Shown piece after piece: positions 1-8,754 of a stretch of 34,316 bases of DNA (within the stretch, counting starts at the first letter, position 1; each line of letters begins with the position of its first letter). The stretch is from the IMG/VR virus record IMGVR_UViG_3300006754_000066, positions 1 through 34,316 of that record. One strand, given 5' to 3'. The notes under the pieces are model-generated. The model was not told where the DNA came from. It searched no databases and was given only the letters and a program-made list of their open reading frames with translations. This stretch comes from a virus. Its lineage: Duplodnaviria > Caudoviricetes. The position numbers and the translations under genes were made by a program.

Positions 1-129
1 GTCGGTATCGTTGTCAAGAACACTGGAATGGATAGTGTTCCTGTCGCTTGGTGGCTGGTTCAATGGTCCGATGGTAAATCCGAGATCATTAGTGATCGAA
101 ACTTAATGGTGATCAATGCAAGTAGGTGA
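1..129 (+). CDS. Partial (5'-truncated) small SH3/KOW-like protein of the VGDLV family
   Basis: Frame 1 reads VGIVVKNTGMDSVPVAWWLVQWSDGKSEIISDRNLMVINASR-stop, the same GIVV...V.W...L.VI pattern as its neighbours. Not in the ORF track. Confidence 0.7.
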   Translation, partial: VGIVVKNTGMDSVPVAWWLVQWSDGKSEIISDRNLMVINASR

Positions 130-304
130 TCTGGTAAAGTGGACTAATGAATTTAATCCAGACTATTATGGAGGCAATGCAGATGGCATTATCACAAAAG
201 TCACCAATTATGACGATGGCACTGTTGTGGTTGATGTCATGGTGAGAGGTGTTGTGCTTCGTTGGAACAGTAAAAGCTGCGAGGTAGTTAGTGAAAGTCG
301 GTGA
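116..304 (+). CDS. Small SH3/KOW-like protein (VGDLV family)
   Basis: MQVGDLVKW...GIITKV...VDV...CEVVS; overlaps the upstream ORF by 14 nt. Confidence 0.8.
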   Translation: MQVGDLVKWTNEFNPDYYGGNADGIITKVTNYDDGTVVVDVMVRGVVLRWNSKSCEVVSESR

Positions 305-461
305 TCTGGTGGTGTCTGCGCGCGGCCTTTGGCATATGCCGAGACTGGTAGTATCGACCCATGAAACGGCTAAGGCGCTAATTGGTGTACTCTGGCCTAA
401 CGGTCAGGTGAGATATGTACACTACAAACATTTAGAGGTAAAATCATGTCGAGAATCATAA
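291..461 (+). CDS. Small SH3/KOW-like protein (VGDLV family), 56 aa, GTG start
   Basis: Manual translation MKVGDLVVSARGLWHMPRLVVSTHETAKALIGVLWPNGQVRYVHYKHLEVKSCRES; GAGGT SD upstream; below the ORF-track length cut-off. Confidence 0.75.
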   Translation: MKVGDLVVSARGLWHMPRLVVSTHETAKALIGVLWPNGQVRYVHYKHLEVKSCRES

Positions 462-565
462 AAAATATACTTATAGTTATTGGTATTATATGTATATGGG
501 AAAATAGAGAAAGTATAGTACCAGTGTGTATCACTGTTAAAGACACTGTGTTAGGAGCATTTTAA
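446..565 (+). CDS. Small hydrophobic protein, 39 aa
   Basis: MSRIIKNILIVIGIICIWENRESIVPVCITVKDTVLGAF; GAGGT SD upstream; overlaps the previous ORF. Confidence 0.5.
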   Translation: MSRIIKNILIVIGIICIWENRESIVPVCITVKDTVLGAF

Positions 566-1477
566 TGTTATGGGTGGTGGTAGTGCGCTAAACTTTGTTA
601 CGCATATTATTTTATGCATGTGTTAGTATATGTTTTGTTTCTGTCGTTCACATGCGGTGGGCCTTAGTATACACATGCAGAACGAATCGTCAACATATTT
701 TTGATGTCAAGTCAATAATTGTCCGGCATTGCGGCCGCATGCGCGCGCCGTCTGTCACATGTGATACATTTATTTGTGACACATGTATACAAGTGTATAC
801 AATATGTGACAGCATTGCGGGGGGGGTGCGTTAAACTATTCGTAGCATAAAATACATTAATGATCGATAGCATGCGGCGCGACGTACGTTAAACATTCGT
901 ATATCTGTAACATTAATGTGTTACAAATGCGACAGGCGCAATTGTGTGTATACATTTGGATGTTACAGATGTTTCAGCGAGATACATAAAATAAAATACT
1001 TAATGATTACAGGCACTTAGTTAACGTTTGCCTTATAGGGAGAGGAATAATATGCGACAGTCACGGAGAAAATGGCCGAGAGTAAAGAAAATAATACATG
1101 AAACATATGATGTATCAGCAAACACCGCTTGTAACCTTGCTTATTGGGGGGTGTGTCTATCTATGTTATATATATGTATGTTACACTATACTGTTAGAGG
1201 ATACCCCGATAGTGTTGACAAATAATTAACATTCACATGTGGTTTGTTGACATTCTTTTGACATTCACTGCGCTGTCACATTTAATACACAATATATGCG
1301 ACACGAAAACCCAGTTTGAAAGCACCATACCCCCCCTCCCCCCTACCCGGAATATATGTCCTTGTAACCTGTGTTACCATGCGGTCGGGTATAGGTCGTT
1401 CTCTCGATCGCTGCTAAATTTCTGAGATTTTCGTTCCTAAAAATTATCCCTGAAATAAATGTGAGATTACCGCCGCA
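566..1477. other. Probably non-coding, palindrome-rich region (candidate origin or terminus region)
   Basis: Only unconvincing ORFs. Dense TGT/ACA alternating motifs, inverted repeat CTGTCACAT (752-760)/ATGTGACAG (804-812), G-run near 819-826 and C-rich tract near 1330-1348. Confidence 0.45.
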
Positions 1478-1488
1478 CTATTTATTGT

Positions 1489-1713
1489 ATGAGCGAGAGA
1501 ATAGTAATACCACCAGTTGCCGTGTACTTGTGTCCGTTGTGTGGATCGAGGATCCGTTGGAGTTGCACGCAGGCGACCGGTATCGCTAGTTGCTCTAACG
1601 GACCTATGGTAACCAGAGTGTTCGAACCCGGAGACTCGCTAAACATTAAGATATGCATGTGGGAAGGCCGCGTTGAGCGAAGGCCCGACGGGAAAGTAGA
1701 AATATACTATTGA
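1489..1713 (+). CDS. Small Cys-rich, zinc-ribbon-like protein
   Basis: CPLC plus three further Cys; CTATTTA motif 11 nt before the ATG. Confidence 0.65.
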   Translation: MSERIVIPPVAVYLCPLCGSRIRWSCTQATGIASCSNGPMVTRVFEPGDSLNIKICMWEGRVERRPDGKVEIYY

Positions 1714-1747
1714 GCAATTGTGGCATGCTATTGAGCAATTGTGGCAT
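1707..1747 (+). repeat. Tandem direct repeat, 2 x 20 bp (period 21)
   Basis: CTATTGAGCAATTGTGGCAT at 1707-1726 and 1728-1747. Confidence 0.9.
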
Positions 1748-2037
1748 TGCTTCATATATATTGTATGGGCAGCAGTAAAACGCAAGACACGCGTGTTTTG
1801 GTACGTGCGTTTGAGGTAGGTGACTTAGTAACACTGTCACCAGACTTTAGGTATAGCCTAACAATGTCCACAGTCGACTTTGGCAAGTATATTGGCATAA
1901 TCGTGGAGGCGTACGTTAACCGCGAATACATGGTAGTTTGGACGAATCACCCTTTAAGTGCATTTACCCGGGGCATGTTTAATGGGGACCACCTAATTAA
2001 AGTGGAGAACGTGGATGTTTCTCTAATGCGTGGATAA
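1741..2037 (+). CDS. SH3/KOW-like protein (VGDLV family); true start probably downstream
   Basis: FEVGDLVTL...IGIIVE...YMVVW...LIKV. Confidence 0.75.
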   Translation: MALLHIYCMGSSKTQDTRVLVRAFEVGDLVTLSPDFRYSLTMSTVDFGKYIGIIVEAYVNREYMVVWTNHPLSAFTRGMFNGDHLIKVENVDVSLMRG

Positions 2038-2281
2038 GGGGGCGTCGTATTATATGTCACATACTGTGTATGGTTTAACCCACTATGATGTGGGTGATCT
2101 GGTATATTATAGAACTGGCCATTTGGATCTGATCGTGACGAATCGGCGGATGGGTGTCATCAAGGAAGTTTTCACGGGGCAACACTTTCCCAGGTATGTA
2201 GTTTTTTGGTTTAACGATAATATTTTCTCAGAACACCTTGCAAATAATTTAGATTTGGTGTATAATAGAAAAGTCGACTAA
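2030..2281 (+). CDS. SH3/KOW-like protein (VGDLV family)
   Basis: YDVGDLVYY...MGVIKE...YVVFW...LDLV. Confidence 0.75.
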   Translation: MDKGASYYMSHTVYGLTHYDVGDLVYYRTGHLDLIVTNRRMGVIKEVFTGQHFPRYVVFWFNDNIFSEHLANNLDLVYNRKVD

Positions 2282-2288
2282 TTACATT

Positions 2289-2558
2289 ATGCTTCTTAAC
2301 AAAACCACAATTGCCGCCATACTTAATGAAACCCTGTCCTCTGAGGACAAGTCTGATATTAAGAAAATGATCGGCACCGAACTTGATAAAAGAATCAAGA
2401 CTGACTTGCGCAAAATCTTAGAAGATGAGCTTGCAAAAGCGCTTAAGTCTAAGGACATTAAGGCTGATATCGGGGAAGTTGCTAAAAAGGTTATAAAGAA
2501 GTTATATAAAGATTTGTCATACCACCATCCGTATATTATCGATAGAATCAAGGTTTGA
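2289..2558 (+). CDS. Helical charged phage protein, possibly virion-associated
   Basis: ILNETLS..DIKKMI..LRKILEDEL; CTAATTA motif 11 nt before the ATG. Confidence 0.7.
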   Translation: MLLNKTTIAAILNETLSSEDKSDIKKMIGTELDKRIKTDLRKILEDELAKALKSKDIKADIGEVAKKVIKKLYKDLSYHHPYIIDRIKV

Positions 2559-2758
2559 TGTTTTTTAAAAAACCACCATTTACTGATGCCGTCATTGGCT
2601 CTTGGGTCAAAGACAGTTATCGCAAAGATCGTTCTTTGGGCTTTGTACTGACGATCGATGAGCAGACCAATATGATGTATGTTAAATATCCTAAAATCGG
2701 CAAAAACCACTGGGTTGTGTGGTCGAACGGTGGTCACTACAAAGTTGTAAATTCATAA
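2555..2758 (+). CDS. Small SH3-like protein (divergent VGDLV family)
   Basis: VIGSWVKD..LGFVL..MYVKYP..YKVV. Confidence 0.65.
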   Translation: MMFFKKPPFTDAVIGSWVKDSYRKDRSLGFVLTIDEQTNMMYVKYPKIGKNHWVVWSNGGHYKVVNS

Positions 2759-2811
2759 AAGGCATTGGGTACAACATCAACTATTTATTGCTATTAAAAC
2801 GAGGTTCTGTG

Positions 2812-3189
2812 ATGATAAAGTATTATTTTGTGTTGGCGGTGATAGCCGGCAGCGCTGCTGTTTACGGTGTGGCCAATGATGTGGGGGCTAATGCGGCTGC
2901 CGCTGGTTCTCTAACTGTTGACAACACTGCGGTTGGTACCGACACTGACACGGAAAAATTTACCGAAGAAATTTCGCGCGAACAGGTATACCGGGCGCCA
3001 TCCCAAACACACACACCACCTGATGCTGACCCGGCGGCCGCTGAGTCGACTGCCCGGGCGATTCCGACCATAATTCTTCCAAATAATGTATGCATAATAA
3101 ACACTGATATTTCTCCCGATCGTACAATAGAAGAACATATTATTGCCTGTATCCGTGCACAAAGAATACGACAGTCACTGACTCAATAG
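2812..3189 (+). CDS. Secreted or membrane-anchored hypothetical protein
   Basis: Within track ORF 2719..3189; likely start MIKYYFVLAVIAG after a GAGG SD; signal-like N-terminus, Ala/Thr/Pro-rich linker, C-terminal Cys pair. Confidence 0.6.
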   Translation: MIKYYFVLAVIAGSAAVYGVANDVGANAAAAGSLTVDNTAVGTDTDTEKFTEEISREQVYRAPSQTHTPPDADPAAAESTARAIPTIILPNNVCIINTDISPDRTIEEHIIACIRAQRIRQSLTQ

Positions 3190-3207
3190 CATGTGCCTAT
3201 ATAGTAT

Positions 3208-3474
3208 GTGGACATTATACTTCAAGTGGGCGATATATTACTTGATCGAGTTACCGGCGAAATTGGGCTTTTAACTCGTAGATGGCTTATTTTACCTGAA
3301 CAGAGTGAGCCTCTCCCTAACGAGTACGATTTGGTTAACTTGTGGGCATGGGACATATATTGGACCGGAGGAGGTGACAAAGACAATAAAAGGTGTATTC
3401 CTTATACTGAGGGTGGCCTTTATAATATGATCCGAGCTGGCACTTTTGAACTATTAAAAAGAGTTGATAAATGA
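3208..3474 (+). CDS. SH3/KOW-like protein (VGDLV family)
   Basis: LQVGDILLD..GEIGLL..WDIYW..TEGGL. Confidence 0.75.
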   Translation: MDIILQVGDILLDRVTGEIGLLTRRWLILPEQSEPLPNEYDLVNLWAWDIYWTGGGDKDNKRCIPYTEGGLYNMIRAGTFELLKRVDK

Positions 3475-3477
3475 GCC

Positions 3478-3771
3478 ATGGAATACTTGCAAGAATTGAT
3501 GGATCATGTTATAATAAAAGTAGGTGACTTGATAGTTGATGAAGAAACCGGTCTCGTTGGAGTGATGGTGCGTCGAGAACGTCGCATTGACATGTTTATG
3601 GATGATATATATTTTTGGCACGTCAAATGGATCAAAAACAAAAACAAAACCGGCCCAACACCGGATGACATAAATATGTTAAGTCACGTAGAAGAAGAGG
3701 GCCTTAAGCTTTCCATCGCAGTAGGAACCCTTACAATCTATTCACCAGAAGAGGATAAACATGAATTTTAA
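3478..3771 (+). CDS. SH3/KOW-like protein (VGDLV family), close paralogue of the preceding gene
   Basis: IKVGDLIVD..TGLVGVM..WHVKW..EEEGL...I..GT. Confidence 0.75.
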   Translation: MEYLQELMDHVIIKVGDLIVDEETGLVGVMVRRERRIDMFMDDIYFWHVKWIKNKNKTGPTPDDINMLSHVEEEGLKLSIAVGTLTIYSPEEDKHEF

Positions 3772-4195
3772 TTGGAATGTATACAAAATTTTTAAAAACG
3801 GAAATCGAGCTAAGGCACCGATACAATCGTTTTATTTTGAAGGAGAAAAACATGATGCTATAGCACACTTTAAATCTATTAACGAAACAAAGTCGGATTA
3901 TCTTGTGCTCAATGCTGACGAAAGCCAAACACGCGTTAAAGAAGATACAGTTGAGAAAAAATTTACAACGGAAAAAAATCGAGTTTTGGCAAAGTTTTTA
4001 CGAAGAAAGAAAATCGGTATTGAGGGTAGAAGGTGTGTTGGAGGCCTCATATATTGTAAACAATCTGGCTGGAAGTGGCAATGGGCGGCACTTGAGGCCG
4101 CCACAAGCAACTATGTTGCAGGCTTATCTGATCCTTTTGACAGCTATGAGGCGGCCCAAGCTTGGATGAAAGAACAAATTAATGTCAGTACATGA
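3761..4195 (+). CDS. Hypothetical protein
   Basis: 144 aa, GAGGA SD, overlaps both neighbours. Confidence 0.7.
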   Translation: MNFNWNVYKIFKNGNRAKAPIQSFYFEGEKHDAIAHFKSINETKSDYLVLNADESQTRVKEDTVEKKFTTEKNRVLAKFLRRKKIGIEGRRCVGGLIYCKQSGWKWQWAALEAATSNYVAGLSDPFDSYEAAQAWMKEQINVST

Positions 4196-4412
4196 GATTC
4201 ACTGGACTATAAAGAGAGGGGATCTCGTCAAAATAAAATATCATCGTTTTTGGGATGGGGGTACAGCAGAGGAAATACTGTATGGTGTTGTCGTGGGACA
4301 CCCTACTGATAACCAGATCTTGATGTTTCCAGAAGTCGACGTTTATGTATTTAAAACAAAGAAAATAGAATCCTTTGGGGCTGGCTCAATAGAAATTGTA
4401 TCAAATAGCTAA
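4182..4412 (+). CDS. SH3/KOW-like protein (VGDLV family)
   Basis: IKRGDLVKIK..YGVVV..VDVY..IEIVS. Confidence 0.75.
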   Translation: MSVHEIHWTIKRGDLVKIKYHRFWDGGTAEEILYGVVVGHPTDNQILMFPEVDVYVFKTKKIESFGAGSIEIVSNS

Positions 4413-4442
4413 TATCAGCCCTATATAATTTGAGGGATTATT

Positions 4443-4607
4443 TTGAATGATGTTATAACCAACATATGTAAAATAGCAATATTTTTAAATGTCATTCTTT
4501 TTGGTATAGGCGTTGGCTACAGAGATACATACCTGTCGTCGTTGTCAATCATAAATATTACCTTGTTAAGTACAAGATTTTTATTTATTAAAGGAGAACA
4601 GGAATGA
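4443..4607 (+). CDS. Small membrane protein, 54 aa, TTG start
   Basis: Manual translation NDVITNICKIAIFLNVILFGIGVGYRDTYLSSLSIINITLLSTRFLFIKGEQE; GAGGG SD; ATGA overlap with the next gene. Confidence 0.55.
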   Translation: MNDVITNICKIAIFLNVILFGIGVGYRDTYLSSLSIINITLLSTRFLFIKGEQE

Positions 4608-5356
4608 AAAAGATACTATTATGTGCTCTTGCACTATTATTTGCTGGTCCGGCAGGAGCGATCGAGCCGGATACGATTACTGCCACTGAGACTGAGACAG
4701 CCGGTGTCAACGCCACTACACAAATCAGTAATTCACTTAGTTCAAATGAGAGAAGAGTCCGAAATGCCTCTGTTAGAGTTGTAACGCACCAAGGTCATGG
4801 AACGGGAAGCTTAATTAAATATCGAGGACTACATCTTGTATTAACAGCACACCATGTTGCGGATGGAGCAATTGGCCAAGCTTATTTATTATCTACAGAG
4901 ACCGAACAGGAATGGGGAGTATTAGTTTACAAGGACCCCTTAAACGACATGTCGTTGTTATATGTTCCAACTCATTTCAAATATGCCGAACCTATGAGGT
5001 GGAGACCGAGACCGGCGTTGGTCGATGTTGGCCAAAGTATAACATATTCTGGATATCCATCATGGCACAGTCTTATGAGTTTTAGAGGACATGTCGCAGG
5101 GTTTGAAACTCATCCCGAGGCTGGCCGGCAAATAATTTTGCACACATATGGGTGGTTTGGTTGTAGTGGTTCAGTGATATATGATCCTGATGGGAGGATT
5201 ATTGGGGTTTTATGGGCTGTGGATGTAGAAGGCCGGCCGACTTTACAAGTGCAAGAAAACATTATATGGGTTTCTCCGATTCAAAATCTAAATATAGACC
5301 TAGCTTTAGCTGCTCTATGTAACAGTTTGCCGGATAACCCAAGAGCATGTAGATGA
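4604..5356 (+). CDS. Secreted trypsin-like (S1) serine protease
   Basis: Signal peptide; catalytic triad motifs LTAHHV, D(MSLL), GCSGS; AGGAG SD. Confidence 0.85.
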   Translation: MKKILLCALALLFAGPAGAIEPDTITATETETAGVNATTQISNSLSSNERRVRNASVRVVTHQGHGTGSLIKYRGLHLVLTAHHVADGAIGQAYLLSTETEQEWGVLVYKDPLNDMSLLYVPTHFKYAEPMRWRPRPALVDVGQSITYSGYPSWHSLMSFRGHVAGFETHPEAGRQIILHTYGWFGCSGSVIYDPDGRIIGVLWAVDVEGRPTLQVQENIIWVSPIQNLNIDLALAALCNSLPDNPRACR

Positions 5357-5805
5357 ATCGTAAGTGGATCACTTTTCTTGATGAATCGGAACTGAAAACA
5401 GTTGGAGTCGTTGTTTGTTTAGATGATAAACAACGATTTTTGATCATTCGGAGATCTGATATTGATAAACGTGCCGGTCAGTGGACAATGCCAGGGGGTC
5501 ATATTGATACTAAGGATGGCTCGATCGAGGCTGGTGCAGTTCGCGAACTCAAAGAAGAAGCCAATTTAACTTGCGATATCGCTGATTTAGTTTTTTTAGG
5601 TAAACCAAAGCCCAAGAAATACTATTTTTTAACCACCCAGTGGTCCGGAGAAGTCGACGTCGACAATGAAAACCCAGAAACCGGCGAGATTGAGCATGAT
5701 GACTGGCGATGGGCCAGTATTGATGAGATAAAAGACATTACCAATAGTGAAATTCCGATCTATTTATTAGAGAAAGCTATAGAGATGTCAAAAAATGCTA
5801 AATGA
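5353..5805 (+). CDS. NUDIX hydrolase
   Basis: Nudix box PGGHIDTKDGSIEAGAVRELKEEANL. Confidence 0.92.
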   Translation: MNRKWITFLDESELKTVGVVVCLDDKQRFLIIRRSDIDKRAGQWTMPGGHIDTKDGSIEAGAVRELKEEANLTCDIADLVFLGKPKPKKYYFLTTQWSGEVDVDNENPETGEIEHDDWRWASIDEIKDITNSEIPIYLLEKAIEMSKNAK

Positions 5806-8194
5806 TGAACAAATTCTGCTAAAAGCAGTCAAATTACTAGAAAATATCGATATTTCGGATCCGAAAGTAGTAGATTTATATGAATTTAATGAAAAAGTGC
5901 TCCGAGAAATCACCGATAATGAAATGTTGGTGATTGAGGACGTATTAGATGACCTTGATCCAGCAGAACTGCCTCTAAATGACCTTTTTGGTGGTAAGAT
6001 GCGTGCAATCATTCCTTTTCCAACCATTGATCCGGGTACAGAACTTGGAAAGTTTGCAAAATTCTTCAAATCTCAAGAGTATGATGTAGATTGGGATAAA
6101 GGCATGGTCTTTGCTGAGCGAAACACCGCCACAGCCGATGATTTGATGAATACTTTGATCGGTATGACCCAAGGACAACCCGAAAAGAAGAAAACTAAGA
6201 AGATTCAGATGAAAATTGGCAAATTATTCAAAAAAATAGCCGATTTAAGCAGAAAAAAGGACGAATTATACCAAAAAGTCTATGATCACTTGGCTGGTAT
6301 TGGCGATTCAGGGTATAAACTCCCAACTGGTAAGCCAGTTACTCAACCACACCAAGTTACAGTAAAAATGCGTAACGCTGCGCTTGATGAGAAGGAAGCA
6401 GAGAATTTAGACAGAATTCTCGCTCAGATATATTTATACATCGTAAATCCGGGTGTTGTAGGACCTGCTGGCTATAATTTAACCGAATTAGCCACAAAAT
6501 ACTTCCAATATTGGAAAGATAACGCCGGATTCATCAAAAAAGAGATAAATAACCTCGATAATGACAAATTTTCCATTATTATCACTCGACATCCGATAGA
6601 TGTGCTCAGAATGAGCGATTTTGACGAGATTACCTCTTGTCATTCTCCAGCTAGTCGTGCAAGTGCCTATCAATCGTACTATAAGTGCGCTGTAGCCGAG
6701 GCTCAAGGGCATGGGGCGGTTGCTTATGTGGTAATGACGGAAGACCTGCTCTCAGCCACTAATACGAGCAATATAGACAGTGCAGAGCAAGAAATCCAAG
6801 AGGGTGAGATATTTGCCGACGATAAACGCTCATTTAGCGGCGATATTGAGCCAGTTTCTAGAATTCGTGTCCGTCATGTCAGATATTACGAAGGTGATGA
6901 GCCTCCAGCGCGCTGGGATGATGGACAAGATGTTGGAATGCCTGAAAAACGTGTATATGGCGCAGATATTCCCGGTTTAGCTAACCAAGTTACTAATTGG
7001 GCGAGATCAAATCAAGAAGAAGTCATCGCAAATATGCCAAAACAAGATGGTATGATTGATCTCAGCAAATTTATGATATTTGGGGGTTCTTATGAGGATA
7101 CTGCTAACAAAGAAGGTCGTTTAGCATTAATGCGCCAACTTGTTGGACCGGGTGTAGAAGTTGAAGGTTCAATGAAGCAGAACACCGAAACTGAAGAAAA
7201 TTTAGACGCCGATTTGATCGGGGATCTTGCTACATCATATGAAAACCAATGTCAAGAAATTATTGATGAATGGAATCGAAGAGCGGCCGTTACAACAATT
7301 AACTTTCAAGTTGAGGATGATGGCGGCGAAGGTTTATATATCATAGGTTCTGCTAAAGTTGTGATTGAATGGGATAAAGATGATTGGAAGGTATTACCCA
7401 CAAGTGCTTGGCCGTCTGTGCAACATTCTGCAGATGCGATTAATGATATATATGGTGATTTATTTAATGATGGCGCGTATATGGGGCGCCAAGGTGATAC
7501 TATTTTTTGGACATGCCGTGTAAACCTTGAACACCCGGAATTAGGCGGACAATCTTATTATGTTATGCCAGAGGAGTTCAATGAAGCTTGTCAAAAAATT
7601 GACTCTATAATCGATGACCGGCATGACGCATGGAAAGAAATTTTGTCAACATACTTCAAGCGCGAAGGTCAAATGGTCGGTGGCGAATATATACAGCTAG
7701 CTATGGATATTGAGAACGGCGAGATAGATTCTTATGAGTGGGATGTGGAAACTGATGGGGAGTATGAGAACAGCTATGAATCATATGCCTCTTACAGCTT
7801 TGAGTACGACTCAGAAGAATGGAAAATGTCTCCGCAGATACTAGAGAGGCTTTTAGATTCTCGCGAGTTTAGGCTGCTTCTAAGAACGAATTTGTTAGCC
7901 AGCGCAAGACAGGAAGTTGGAACTGAATATTATTTAGATATTGCTCATTATACTGTCACTAGAAGTGGTGAAGAAAGAGTTGTGCAAATACAGTTTAAAG
8001 TCGACGCAGACGACAACGCCGAACGTGTAGAACTTTTTAAAGAATTGGTCACGGGCGAAATGGACGATGAGGATAATCTTACTGTTTACTTTAGAAAAAC
8101 CCTTGCGCAAATTAAAGCGGATAACATGTCCGGGCGATGGACTCACGATATTAATGAACAACTTGTAGGAAATTGGAGAAGGTTTATATCATGA
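5795..8194 (+). CDS. Large acidic hypothetical protein (799 aa), candidate virion internal protein
   Basis: Long ORF with no recognised family; LLE/LRE near the N-terminus; ends INEQLVGNWRRFIS. Confidence 0.75.
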   Translation: MLNDEQILLKAVKLLENIDISDPKVVDLYEFNEKVLREITDNEMLVIEDVLDDLDPAELPLNDLFGGKMRAIIPFPTIDPGTELGKFAKFFKSQEYDVDWDKGMVFAERNTATADDLMNTLIGMTQGQPEKKKTKKIQMKIGKLFKKIADLSRKKDELYQKVYDHLAGIGDSGYKLPTGKPVTQPHQVTVKMRNAALDEKEAENLDRILAQIYLYIVNPGVVGPAGYNLTELATKYFQYWKDNAGFIKKEINNLDNDKFSIIITRHPIDVLRMSDFDEITSCHSPASRASAYQSYYKCAVAEAQGHGAVAYVVMTEDLLSATNTSNIDSAEQEIQEGEIFADDKRSFSGDIEPVSRIRVRHVRYYEGDEPPARWDDGQDVGMPEKRVYGADIPGLANQVTNWARSNQEEVIANMPKQDGMIDLSKFMIFGGSYEDTANKEGRLALMRQLVGPGVEVEGSMKQNTETEENLDADLIGDLATSYENQCQEIIDEWNRRAAVTTINFQVEDDGGEGLYIIGSAKVVIEWDKDDWKVLPTSAWPSVQHSADAINDIYGDLFNDGAYMGRQGDTIFWTCRVNLEHPELGGQSYYVMPEEFNEACQKIDSIIDDRHDAWKEILSTYFKREGQMVGGEYIQLAMDIENGEIDSYEWDVETDGEYENSYESYASYSFEYDSEEWKMSPQILERLLDSREFRLLLRTNLLASARQEVGTEYYLDIAHYTVTRSGEERVVQIQFKVDADDNAERVELFKELVTGEMDDEDNLTVYFRKTLAQIKADNMSGRWTHDINEQLVGNWRRFIS

Positions 8195-8649
8195 AATTAT
8201 TAATGGAAAACTGGCGACAATATTTAACCGAAGATCAGCATAGAGAACAAATTTTAGCTTATCTAAAAGAAAATAATATTATTCTCACCGAAGAAGAATT
8301 AGAAGAAGCGATGCCAAAGTGGCTGAAGAAACTTGGGACTGGAGCGGCGCTGGCAGCCACTCTGGCCGGCGCAGGAGGCGTTGGACAGTCTGCTGAGGCT
8401 GGCATAGGAGATTGGTTCGGGGGAGGAGCAGAAAGTAGTCAGCAGCAAGAGGCTCCTTCAGAGGGACTTTCTGATGACGGTAAGTCTTTCACTGCTAAAT
8501 TTGAAGTAGCAGGTGATATACAGTTGTCTATGCAAGCAGCAGATTCATACGCTCTAGAGGGAGCCGCTGATAACGGTTTGCAAGGAGCAGAGGTTACTTC
8601 CAGAATGCAGGCTGGTGGGTTTATTTATTCAACGGCGTCGGTAAACTAA
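8191..8649 (+). CDS. ENWR-leader protein with an internal hydrophobic Gly/Ala segment
   Basis: Likely start MKLLMENWRQYLTE (ATGA overlap at 8191); KWLKKLGTGAALAATLAGAGG segment. Confidence 0.75.
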   Translation: MKLLMENWRQYLTEDQHREQILAYLKENNIILTEEELEEAMPKWLKKLGTGAALAATLAGAGGVGQSAEAGIGDWFGGGAESSQQQEAPSEGLSDDGKSFTAKFEVAGDIQLSMQAADSYALEGAADNGLQGAEVTSRMQAGGFIYSTASVN

Positions 8650-8754
8650 AATGAAAACAATTATTAAATATCTTAGGAAGCTCCTGCTTAAAAATTGGAG
8701 ACATTTTTATTCTTCGTGATTTTGCTCACTAAATACTTTAGGGGGTAAGTTAAA

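Noticed and set aside
595-1425. Track ORFs 595..834, 1028..1225 and 1237..1425
   Set aside because: Cys/His/Tyr/Ile-rich translations reflect the RY-alternating DNA and show no recognisable motifs; not called as genes, although 1028..1225 (GAGGA before an internal ATG) cannot be fully excluded.
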